Below are positions 1-7,749 of a stretch of 64,000 nucleotides of DNA, piece by piece. Where the stretch lies: the NCBI GenBank assembly GCA_963580875.1, contig CAUZMC010000002.1, forward strand, positions 6,865 through 70,864, written 5' to 3'. The translations under genes and the position numbers were made by a program. The notes under the pieces are model-generated. The model did not search any database and was not told the DNA's origin. It saw nothing but the letters and a program-made list of their open reading frames with translations. Position 1 is the stretch's first letter, and every line of letters starts with the position of its first letter. Source of the stretch: Dehalococcoidia bacterium (GTDB lineage: Bacteria; Chloroflexota; Dehalococcoidia; Lucifugimonadales; UBA2985).

Positions 1-98
1 CCCGCTATGAGACCTTTCCAGAACAGTTCAACTGAAGCTCCCATTGGAGTGACTGCTCCAATGCCAGTGACTGCAACCCGTATTCTACTGTTGTTCAT
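1..98 (-). CDS. fabF: beta-ketoacyl-ACP synthase II, N-terminal fragment (gene continues past the left window edge)
   Basis: Not in the ORF track because it is open at the window edge. The reverse-strand ATG at 98..96 translates to MNNSRIRVAVTGIGAVTPMGASVELFWKGLIAG, a typical KAS-II N-terminus (R-V-x-V-T-G-x-G-x-x-T-P-x-G ... W..L..G). Confidence 0.55.
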   Translation of the reverse strand, partial: MNNSRIRVAVTGIGAVTPMGASVELFWKGLIA

Positions 99-177
99 GG
101 CAACCTTTCTTGTTAAGCATGGCGCTTCAAATTGCTGAATGGTTTCTGTTGGCTTAGAGTATTCCAGCAGTATATAT

Positions 178-1554
178 TTATAAATTGTTAGGAGTCAGTG
201 TGGCTTGTGCATTGAAAACTGGATAAATTTCTGGGGTAATACCCTTTATGCGTTCCCTAGTCTCTGCGGCTACAAACAAAGAGCCGGTGACAAGGATCAG
301 GTCTCCATCTGTGGCCATGTCACGCGCCATATCAATGGCCTGGGATATAGTGTCTGTAACGTGTACCTTATCTGTGTAACGTCTAAATTCCCTAGCCACG
401 TTAAGGGATTGTGTTGCCCTAGGATGCCGTGAATGGGTGGTGATTACTTCTGTTGGCTGTAGAAGTCTCAACTCTTCCACCAAACCTCCGAGGTCTTTAT
501 TCCCTGAGACTCCGACTATAAGCAGGATTCTGTGTCTTGGGAACAGCGCTTTGACTGACTCAACCAGACGGGCTGCGGAGTGAGGGTTGTGTGCGCCATC
601 GGCTATCAACAATGGATTTTTACTTAAAACCTCCAGCCTGCACGGCCATTCGACGTGTCGGAATCCTTCTTCTATTGCGTCTCTGTCAATCTCCATCCCG
701 CTTTCGATAAGGGACTCGACTATACCAATCGCCACAGCGGCATTTTCCATCTGGTGTTTTCCGAGAAGAGGAATTTCTAGGTAATAGTGGTTATTGGTGG
801 TGTCCAGTGTGAAAGATTGGCCATCCAGGGATGATACCTCTTCATTCCAACGTATGTCCTCTCCTGCTAAAACCAATTGGCTCCCTTGTTGACGGCAGAC
901 GTCTTGCAACACCATCAGTGCCTCCGTCTTCTGGGTAGCGCAGATCACCGGGACTCCAGGTTTGATGATGCCAGCTTTCTCCGCAGCTATTTCCCCCAGA
1001 GTGTCTCCAAGCACTTCTGTATGATCTAGCCCCAGTGATGTAATGCCGCATACCAGGGGGTGTACCACATTAGTGGAGTCCAGGCGTCCACCCATACCTA
1101 CCTCTATAACCTGTGCTCCCGTTTCCTGATCTCTGAAGTAGTAGAAGGCCATTGCGGTCAAAAATTCAAATAGGGTCACACTGCTATGCTCTGTTTGGTT
1201 AATTGCCTCCATGGTAGGCCAGATCTCCTCAATTAGACTGGCAAAGTCTTCCTCTGTGATGAGTTGACCTCCCACTTGTATCCTCTCACGGAATGTATGT
1301 AAATGAGGGGAAGTGAACAGGCCGGTACGGTAATTTGCTACATTTAGCACTGAGGCAACCATGGCCGCTGTGCTACCCTTGCCCTTTGTGCCAGCGATGT
1401 GGATTGTTGGGGTTCCTAGTTGAGGGTCATCCAGAGCCGTCAGTAGAGCACCGATACGTTCCAGATCATAACGCGCCCTTGTACCTGGAATTGTGCTTGG
1501 TCGTTCGTAGTCCACCATGGCCATGATCTTATCTATGGCTGTCATGTACTGCAT
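178..1554 (-). CDS. folC: folylpolyglutamate synthase / dihydrofolate synthase (Mur-ligase family)
   Basis: 458-aa ORF with the P-loop IHIAGTKGKGST. FolC-like blocks are present (FTSPHL..F.ERI, GLDHTEVLGDTL, HQMENAAVAI, DGAHNP). Confidence 0.9.
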   Translation of the reverse strand: MQYMTAIDKIMAMVDYERPSTIPGTRARYDLERIGALLTALDDPQLGTPTIHIAGTKGKGSTAAMVASVLNVANYRTGLFTSPHLHTFRERIQVGGQLITEEDFASLIEEIWPTMEAINQTEHSSVTLFEFLTAMAFYYFRDQETGAQVIEVGMGGRLDSTNVVHPLVCGITSLGLDHTEVLGDTLGEIAAEKAGIIKPGVPVICATQKTEALMVLQDVCRQQGSQLVLAGEDIRWNEEVSSLDGQSFTLDTTNNHYYLEIPLLGKHQMENAAVAIGIVESLIESGMEIDRDAIEEGFRHVEWPCRLEVLSKNPLLIADGAHNPHSAARLVESVKALFPRHRILLIVGVSGNKDLGGLVEELRLLQPTEVITTHSRHPRATQSLNVAREFRRYTDKVHVTDTISQAIDMARDMATDGDLILVTGSLFVAAETRERIKGITPEIYPVFNAQATLTPNNL

Positions 1555-1560
1555 TACTTT

Positions 1561-2508
1561 TTAGTTATCTCTTATGCGTTTTGGCATGAATCCGAGGATG
1601 ATTTTTAAGGCTTCCACTCGAGATATACTATGGATATATCCTATGTTGCCATCTAAGTGCCTAGGTTTCATTTTAAACGTTTTCTCTACAGCATCAATGT
1701 CTGTAATGTTATTAAGGGCCATCATATTAAGTTGACTGGTTGTTGCCGGAGGATTTTGTGTCACTGCTTCCATTATACGGATGAGGTTCTTAATTATTGG
1801 CAATGGCATATGTACCTTGAATCGTCTAGCCTTGAGCGTTTTGCTTATTATATCAACGATTTCATCATAGGTCAGATGGTCTGGGCCACCAATCTCTATT
1901 ATCCTGCCGGCAAAGTGTGGGTTGTGCACAACTAGCGAGATCATAGCTCCCACTTCTTGTACGGATATTGGTTGTAGTGTGATCTTTCCTGACCCTGGCA
2001 CAGGTATCACAGGGAAAGTCTTAACTATTCCCGCCAAGGTGGTTATGAACTCATCCCCGTCTCCGAACAGAATGGAGGGTCTGAAGATGGTATAGCTTAG
2101 TCCGCTATTTATTACTGCCTGTTCGCCCTGCCACTTGGAATACAGATATGGATAGTCCGAGTTGTCATGTGCACCAATAGCACTGACATATACGAAACGC
2201 TTGACACCCGCATCTTTGGCCGCCCTGGCCACCATTTCCGTGCCCTGTCGGTTTACGATGTCGAAGCTCTGATTTCTTTTTTCGCGGATTATACCCACTA
2301 GGTGGACTACGGTGTCGACATCAGTCATGGCTTTACTGAGGGTTGATTGGTCGAGTACATCGCCGTAGGTCAATTCTACTCGGTAATCTGCTATGGCTCG
2401 CGCTCTGGCAGGGTTCCGTACAAGGCATCTCACTTCTTTGCCTCTGGCACGCAAGGCTTTGATTACATTTTTCCCGACGAATCCTGTGGCGCCAGTGATT
2501 AAAATCAT
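1561..2508 (-). CDS. NAD(P)H-binding NmrA/atypical-SDR protein (NDUFA9-like epimerase/dehydratase fold)
   Basis: 315 aa with an N-terminal Rossmann motif, MILITGATGFVGKNVIKAL. The ORF lies tightly upstream of folC, separated by 6 nt. Confidence 0.8.
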   Translation of the reverse strand: MILITGATGFVGKNVIKALRARGKEVRCLVRNPARARAIADYRVELTYGDVLDQSTLSKAMTDVDTVVHLVGIIREKRNQSFDIVNRQGTEMVARAAKDAGVKRFVYVSAIGAHDNSDYPYLYSKWQGEQAVINSGLSYTIFRPSILFGDGDEFITTLAGIVKTFPVIPVPGSGKITLQPISVQEVGAMISLVVHNPHFAGRIIEIGGPDHLTYDEIVDIISKTLKARRFKVHMPLPIIKNLIRIMEAVTQNPPATTSQLNMMALNNITDIDAVEKTFKMKPRHLDGNIGYIHSISRVEALKIILGFMPKRIRDN

Positions 2509-2689
2509 AGAGTATTTTCAGTGAGTGCCAACCAAAGGACACTAGCAGAGGTGGGTTATGGTGTCAACGTGCATTCTGCTTATTGGTGTAATTCAATGGT
2601 CTTTTATACTGGAAGCAACCATTGTAATATTCTCAGGACTGTATACACAGTTATTTTACGACATGCCTAAAAATGTAGGGAGTCAGTAT

Positions 2690-3280
2690 ATGACAATTCT
2701 GTCCAGTGGTAACATGGCCCTCGATGTGATTCTAGCTAGATTGCCAGGGGGTTTGCGGGAGCACTTGGCCAGGGTGAGCGAGAAGGCTCTGGAACTGGCT
2801 GAAATACACGGAATAGACCAGTCGAAAGCTGGACTGGCAGCACTCTCGCACGACGTCGCTAGGAGCATGAAAGGATCTGATTTGTTGAGGATGGCAACGT
2901 CGTATGGACTGACTCTTCACCCGGTGGAGGAGAATGTGCTGGTATTGCTCCACGGCCCTGTGGGTGCTGAGATGTTGCAACGTGAGTGTGGTATAGAAGA
3001 TAGTGATGTGCTTGAAGCGGTGCGGTGGCACTCTACTTTCAATAAAGGACTGGGGCCTGTGGCGAAAATTGCCTTTTTGGCAGACAAATTGGATCACACC
3101 AAAGTGAGTAGATATCCATTCCTTGAGAGGATTGAATGTTTGGCCAAGGATGACCTGGATGTTGCTGTTCTGTCATTTCTTCAGGAGGAGATTGCAGCCA
3201 TGATTAGGGATGGTAAACTAATTCATCCTGCATCTGTAGAGGGCCGGGACGAGCTGTTGGAGTTGCAAAAGCCTATTTGA
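2690..3280 (+). CDS. yqeK: HD-domain hydrolase, YqeK-type bis(5'-nucleosyl)-tetraphosphatase
   Basis: Track ORF is 2558..3280. The first 44 codons look like hydrophobic junk, so I prefer the ATG at 2690 (about 196 aa, the usual YqeK size). HD-family signature is present: EHLARV, ALSHDVAR, LLHGPVGAEML, VRWHST, FLADKLD. Confidence 0.7.
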   Translation: MTILSSGNMALDVILARLPGGLREHLARVSEKALELAEIHGIDQSKAGLAALSHDVARSMKGSDLLRMATSYGLTLHPVEENVLVLLHGPVGAEMLQRECGIEDSDVLEAVRWHSTFNKGLGPVAKIAFLADKLDHTKVSRYPFLERIECLAKDDLDVAVLSFLQEEIAAMIRDGKLIHPASVEGRDELLELQKPI

Positions 3281-3296
3281 TGATGTCTATTTCACC

Positions 3297-3325
3297 TTGA
3301 CACCAATGCAGTGGTCGCTTAACAT
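3297..3325 (+). promoter_or_regulatory. candidate sigma-70-type promoter for the tRNA-Phe/tRNA-Gly pair
   Basis: TTGACA (3297-3302), a 17-nt spacer, then TAACAT (3320-3325). The -10 element ends 10 nt before the first tRNA nucleotide (3336). Confidence 0.45.
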
Positions 3326-3335
3326 GAGTGTGAAT

Positions 3336-3408
3336 GCCGAGGTAGCTCAGGTGGTAGAGCACGGCACTGAAAATGCCGGTGTCGCCAGTTCGACTCTGGC
3401 CCTCGGCA
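3336..3408 (+). tRNA. tRNA-Phe (anticodon GAA)
   Basis: Hand-folded cloverleaf. Acceptor is GCCGAGG/CCTCGGC, D-arm GCTC..GAGC, anticodon stem CGGCA/TGCCG with loop CTGAAAA, T-arm GCCAG-TTCGACT-CTGGC, discriminator A. No CCA is encoded. Confidence 0.93.
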
Positions 3409-3457
3409 CGGTAGTTACCAAAGGCATAGTAAATATCCACATCATCGTCTTTAGCGA

Positions 3458-3532
3458 GCGGAAGTGGCTCAGTGGTAGAGCATCTCCTTGCCAAGGAGAA
3501 GGTCGTGGGTTCGAATCCCATCTTCCGCTCCA
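3458..3532 (+). tRNA. tRNA-Gly (anticodon GCC), 3' CCA encoded
   Basis: Acceptor is GCGGAAG/CTTCCGC, anticodon stem TCTCC/GGAGA with loop TTGCCAA, T-loop TTCGAAT. The sequence ends with TCCA. Confidence 0.93.
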
Positions 3533-3799
3533 TTTCTTTATTTGCCCCCAATTTTATGGCTGAGGTAATCGCATTCGCTCCGTCGGGCGAGTCCTGAAAG
3601 AGTATGTCGACCTCACCTTCGTGTATATGATCCTTGATGGATTACAAAGGGCAAATGCTTGAGAACATAAACTACCTCCCTGAGTCCGTAACTAGGGCTA
3701 TCGCATAGATAACCTAAACGTTTAGGAGTCTTCCTCCATATATCTCGGAAACGGGAATAATGGAGCTTTATCAGGCCATTAAGATAAGGAGTCCAAAAC

Positions 3800-4789
3800 G
3801 TGAATGTCGATGTGCAGGATAATGAGGATGTTCTACGTATAGAGGACCTACACACCTACTTTTATACCAGAGAAGGTGTGGTAAAAGCAGTCAACGGAGT
3901 CAACCTTTCGGTAAAGGCGAACACCATTCTTGGCATTGTGGGCGAGAGCGGCTCCGGCAAATCCGTGACAGTTCTCTCGTTGTTGCGCCTGGTGCCATAT
4001 CCGGGGAAGATCATCCATGGTGGTGTGTATTTTGAAGATATGAACCTTATTGAGATAGACACTGAGGAGATGCTTAGGGTAAGAGGCAGATCCATATCTA
4101 TGATCTTCCAAGACCCAAAAGGATCCCTCAATCCTATTGAGACCATTGGTAAGCAGATCTCTGAGATACTCCTAGCACATAGCATCATGTCTGTCAGTGA
4201 GGCTTCTGACCGAACTATGGAGCTGATGGTGGAATTGAATCTGCCAGAGCATATCTTTAAACGATATCCATTCGAGCTTAGCGGAGGTCAGGCACAGCGT
4301 GCGATGATTGCCATGGCCACAGCCTGGCAGCCGAAAATCATCATTGCAGATGAACCTACCTCTAATCTGGATATGACAGTCCAGGCTGATGTGCTAGCTA
4401 GGCTTCAGCGCATACGGAATGAGACGCGCTCAGCGATAATGCTAATTACCCACAACATGGGTGTCATAGCACAGATGGCTAATGAGATAGCGGTTATGTA
4501 CGCTGGGTCAGTGGTGGAGTACGGAGATACCACATCGATTTTTGAGAAGCCACGTCATCCATATACCTGGGCATTATTGCAGTCTATTCCCAGGTTAGAT
4601 GAACCTAACCGCGCTCTTCGTCACATCCCTGGCTCAGCTCCTAACTCCATAGACCTTCCAGACCAGTGCCCGTATATGCCTCGATGTCCTAAAGCCTCAA
4701 ACGAGTGTCGCCTCAACGTCAGGCCACCATTGAGGGAAATAGAGCCAGGGCATTACGTGGCCTGCTACAATGTGATTGAGCACTCTTAG
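3800..4789 (+). CDS. ABC transporter ATP-binding protein, oligopeptide/dipeptide (OppD/DppD) type, with no adjacent permease or binding-protein genes
   Basis: GTG start, with AAGGAG 7 nt upstream. Walker A is GESGSGKS, signature LSGGQAQR, Walker B IIIADEPT. The C-terminal oligopeptide-type extension PRHPYTWALLQSIP carries a Cys cluster (CPYMPRCP..C). Confidence 0.85.
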   Translation: MNVDVQDNEDVLRIEDLHTYFYTREGVVKAVNGVNLSVKANTILGIVGESGSGKSVTVLSLLRLVPYPGKIIHGGVYFEDMNLIEIDTEEMLRVRGRSISMIFQDPKGSLNPIETIGKQISEILLAHSIMSVSEASDRTMELMVELNLPEHIFKRYPFELSGGQAQRAMIAMATAWQPKIIIADEPTSNLDMTVQADVLARLQRIRNETRSAIMLITHNMGVIAQMANEIAVMYAGSVVEYGDTTSIFEKPRHPYTWALLQSIPRLDEPNRALRHIPGSAPNSIDLPDQCPYMPRCPKASNECRLNVRPPLREIEPGHYVACYNVIEHS

Positions 4790-4854
4790 GAGCCAATCAG
4801 CGTTTTATTCTGAACACGCCTCAGTAAGATAGCGAGACGTGAGTGTACGTGCCG

Positions 4855-5760
4855 TTATTTTCCGAGCCGATCTCCCGCTTTAAGACCAACTGTATTGGCA
4901 AACTCCGATGCCGCTATAGGGCGGGCTCCTTCTTGTCGTATGCGCCGTATCAGCAGAACCCCACCGTTAAGGGCAATCTTCAGGCCGGATTCATCTACGG
5001 ATAGAACTTCGCCGTACAGGCCTGGGTCTGTGCGTTGGGTCAACTCCACATCTGCTAGGCGTATGACCTCATGACGGAAGGTGGTGGACGCACCTGGTTG
5101 AGGCTCGCATCCGCGTATGTGGTTGTACACCTGTTCTGCTGGGCGGAACCACTGGATATCGGCTAGGTGGCCCTCACAGGGAGGTTCGTAGGTTGCTTGA
5201 GTTTCGTCCTGTACTAATGCCGGAGCACGCCCTTCATTGATGAGTGTGATGGCTTCCACAAGGCCGTCTACACCTTGTGGAAATAGCAGGTTGCGGTAGA
5301 GTGAGCCAAGCGTGTCCGCGTGAGATATGGGCGTTTTCGTTTGTAACAGGATAGGCCCAGTGTCTATGCCTTGATCCGGCCAGAAGATGGTGATGCCAGT
5401 CTCTACCTCTCCGTTGATGATTGCCCAGTTGATTGCGCTGCGACCGCGGTGAAGAGGGAGCAGCGATGGGTGGTACTGGATTGTGCCGTGATATGGGAGA
5501 TTGATAACACGCTCAGGTATGATGACTGTGACAAAGGCCATCACGTTAAGCTCTGTGCCGAGATCTGCGTAAGTCTGGAAGAACTCGCGGCGGCGCAGTT
5601 CCTGTGTTGGGTATGCTGGTACACCCTGTTCTTGGGCTAATGTGTGCAGGGGGTCACCTTCACGCTCGTAGAATACTCCGACCACATTTTCGCCCTGTTC
5701 CAACAGACGGCGGTATACCGCCTCACCGAATGCTGCCTGTCCAATGAGAGCTACTCGCAT
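4855..5760 (-). CDS. formyltransferase-family protein resembling the N-terminal (formyl-THF hydrolase) domain of 10-formyltetrahydrofolate dehydrogenase
   Basis: Track ORF is 4855..5823. I prefer the ATG at 5760 (MRVALIGQ...), which has GGAGGT upstream. Motifs IALIGQAAFGEAVY, YHPSLLPLHRGRSAINWAII, GITIFWPDQGIDTGPILLQ and EGRAP...ATYE match the Fmt/FDH-Nt fold, including its C-terminal OB-like subdomain. Confidence 0.8.
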   Translation of the reverse strand: MRVALIGQAAFGEAVYRRLLEQGENVVGVFYEREGDPLHTLAQEQGVPAYPTQELRRREFFQTYADLGTELNVMAFVTVIIPERVINLPYHGTIQYHPSLLPLHRGRSAINWAIINGEVETGITIFWPDQGIDTGPILLQTKTPISHADTLGSLYRNLLFPQGVDGLVEAITLINEGRAPALVQDETQATYEPPCEGHLADIQWFRPAEQVYNHIRGCEPQPGASTTFRHEVIRLADVELTQRTDPGLYGEVLSVDESGLKIALNGGVLLIRRIRQEGARPIAASEFANTVGLKAGDRLGK

Positions 5761-5909
5761 GATTACCTCCATGGATTTGGTCTGGTTATGTTGCATTATG
5801 AATGCCAAATTAGGCCAGGACAAGAGGTCAATTAGAAGGTAGAAAGACTTGACACTAAAGGCCTAGTTTTGTAGTCTGAGGTTCATTAAGTTAATTGATG
5901 TACCGTGTC

Positions 5910-5970
5910 AATAATATCCGATTGAAGGATGGAAAAGACTAATAATATCCGATTGAAGGATGGAAAAGAC
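5910..5970. repeat. perfect tandem direct repeat, 2 x 30 nt separated by 1 nt
   Basis: AATAATATCCGATTGAAGGATGGAAAAGAC occurs at 5910-5939 and again at 5941-5970. The repeat sits in the divergent intergenic region directly upstream of the TPP-enzyme start at 5987. Confidence 0.95.
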
Positions 5971-5986
5971 CAAGAAGGAGGTATCA

Positions 5987-7651
5987 ATGGCCCAGATCAG
6001 TGGTGGAGAAGTCTTCGGTCGTGCGCTCAAACAAGAGGGCGTGGAATATGTATTCTCCTTGAATGGCGGGCATATCTACACTCTTTATGAGGGGTGTGAG
6101 GACAATGGGATCAAGGTTGTTGATTTCAGGCATGAGCAAGCCGCCGCCCACGCCGCAGAGGGTTGGGCTAAGGTTACTGGCAAACCTGGGGTGTGTATTG
6201 TCACCGCAGGGCCAGGCGTTACAGGTACAGTAACGGCGGTTGCCAACGCTTATCAATCCAACAGCCCGATGGTAGTGATTGGTGGCAATTCATCTGTCAG
6301 AGAGCGTCTCATGAGCGCTCTGCAAGAATTTGACGGTGTGGCGCTGATGAGTTCCATTACCAAATGGTCACATCAGGTGCAAGATGTAAAGCGGATACCA
6401 GATTTTGTGGCCACTGCGTTTCGAATGGCTACCAGCGGAAAACCTGGTCCAGTCTATCTTGAGATTCCCACCGATATAGTGAATGGAAAATTAGAAGAGG
6501 AAGAGCTTGTTCTTCCCACCGGATATCGCACAAAGGCGCGTGTATATCCTGACCCGGAATACATTCGTAAGATTGCGGAGGTACTCAAGGAATCAAAACA
6601 CCCAGTGGTTGTTGCGGGCAGTGATATATGGTGGTCTAAGGCATGGGATGAGCTTCGGGAATTTGTTGAGCTAATAGATGCACCGGTGTTCCTAAACTCC
6701 ATGGGTCGGGGTGCTCTTCCCTCGGATCATCCCAATGTAGGCAGCACCGGACGGCGCTACTCATTGGTAAATGCCGATGCGATTTTGCTAGTCGGTACTC
6801 CCATAGACTTTCGTCTGAGTTTTGGACGGGAGGTTCTGTTCAACAAGGATGCCAAGGTAATCCAGATGATGATGGATGGTGAGGAAATTGGAAAAAATCG
6901 CCACATAGACATTGGTGTTGTTGGGGACGTCAAGGCAATGCTGCAAATGACTATGGACGAGCTTAGGTCCTTAGGTTACCGCTCCCATGGGAGGGAATGG
7001 CTTGAGGAGGTGATGACGGAGGATAAAGTCCTCAAGGAACCTGACGAAGCCATGCTCAACAGCAATCAGATGCCAATCCATCCCATGAGACTTATGAAAG
7101 AGATGAGGGATTTCCTGGATAGGGACGCCACCGTCGTTGGTGATGGTGGCGACATCGTTACTTTTGCTGCCAGAGTGATAGGGATTAACGAGCCGGGCCA
7201 CTGGCTGGATCCAGGAATGTTCGGTTGTCTTGGGCCTGGCTCCGGATTTGCCATTGCGGCTCAGTTGGCACGGCCTGGAAAACAAGTGGCGATAGTATTC
7301 GGCGATGGGGCTTTTGGACTCAACGGCATGGATATGGAGAGTATGGTGCGCCATAAGCTGCCTGTCGTTGCTATAGTCGGGAACAACGGGACGTGGAATC
7401 AGACCACACAAGGTGTTATACGGAGAACTGGGCGCGCCATAGGGACGTTCCTTTCTCAGGAAACACGCTATGACATGATTATGCAGGGATTCGGTGGTTA
7501 TGGAGAACGTGTGACAGACCCGGATCAGATACGGCCAGCTCTTGAGCGGGCTTTCAACTCCGGTACAGCTGCTCTGCTGGACGTGGTTATTGATCCAGAT
7601 GTGTCCTACGGAGATATGGGTGGGCGGTCCAGACAAGTGCGTCAGTACTAG
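5987..7651 (+). CDS. thiamine-diphosphate-dependent enzyme (acetolactate synthase / oxalyl-CoA decarboxylase / 2-hydroxyacyl-CoA lyase family)
   Basis: Track ORF starts at 5960. The ATG at 5987 has AAGGAGG 6 nt upstream. N-terminal Pyr domain is FRHEQAAAHAAEGWAKVTGKPGVCIVTAGPG. The ThDP motif GDGAFGLNGMDMESMVRHKLPVVAIVGNNGTWN looks, by eye, closer to Oxc/HACL than to ALS. Confidence 0.85.
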   Translation: MAQISGGEVFGRALKQEGVEYVFSLNGGHIYTLYEGCEDNGIKVVDFRHEQAAAHAAEGWAKVTGKPGVCIVTAGPGVTGTVTAVANAYQSNSPMVVIGGNSSVRERLMSALQEFDGVALMSSITKWSHQVQDVKRIPDFVATAFRMATSGKPGPVYLEIPTDIVNGKLEEEELVLPTGYRTKARVYPDPEYIRKIAEVLKESKHPVVVAGSDIWWSKAWDELREFVELIDAPVFLNSMGRGALPSDHPNVGSTGRRYSLVNADAILLVGTPIDFRLSFGREVLFNKDAKVIQMMMDGEEIGKNRHIDIGVVGDVKAMLQMTMDELRSLGYRSHGREWLEEVMTEDKVLKEPDEAMLNSNQMPIHPMRLMKEMRDFLDRDATVVGDGGDIVTFAARVIGINEPGHWLDPGMFGCLGPGSGFAIAAQLARPGKQVAIVFGDGAFGLNGMDMESMVRHKLPVVAIVGNNGTWNQTTQGVIRRTGRAIGTFLSQETRYDMIMQGFGGYGERVTDPDQIRPALERAFNSGTAALLDVVIDPDVSYGDMGGRSRQVRQY

Positions 7652-7687
7652 CTTTTAGATGGCCGAGTACTGCTGGAAATGATACTT

Positions 7688-7722
7688 AACATTGGAGCTG
7701 AATCAGATTCAGCTCCAATGTT
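7688..7722. terminator. 35-bp perfect palindrome (hairpin or operator) between the TPP enzyme and the aldolase
   Basis: AACATTGGAGCTGAATC-A-GATTCAGCTCCAATGTT, with 17-nt arms. It has no clear T-tract afterwards, so it may be a terminator-like hairpin or a protein-binding site. Confidence 0.5.
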
Positions 7723-7749
7723 GTTCATGTTCATGTGAAGGAGGAATAG

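Noticed and set aside
3273-3563. ORFs 3273..3551(-) and 3297..3563(+) span the tRNA-Phe/tRNA-Gly region. Likewise, 25917..26135(-) and 26014..26220(+) span tRNA-Ala.
   Set aside because: They are read straight through well-folded tRNA genes, so they are artefacts of ORF calling.
3713-3726. A 14-bp perfect palindrome, CCTAAACGTTTAGG, lies about 75 nt upstream of the orphan ABC ATPase.
   Set aside because: About four perfect 7+7 palindromes are expected by chance in 64 kb, and there is no supporting context. I did not report it as an operator.
6971-7636. Long antisense ORFs lie inside confident genes. Examples are 6971..7636(-), 10458..11054(-), 15665..16312(-), 21754..22230(-), 22388..22972(-), 32170..32757(+), 37846..38421(-), 55885..56349(-) and 59852..60397(-).
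   Set aside because: Each lies fully within a gene that has clear family motifs on the opposite strand. Each also has low-complexity, Ser/Arg/Pro-rich or stop-avoiding composition typical of shadow ORFs, and none shows a recognisable motif.
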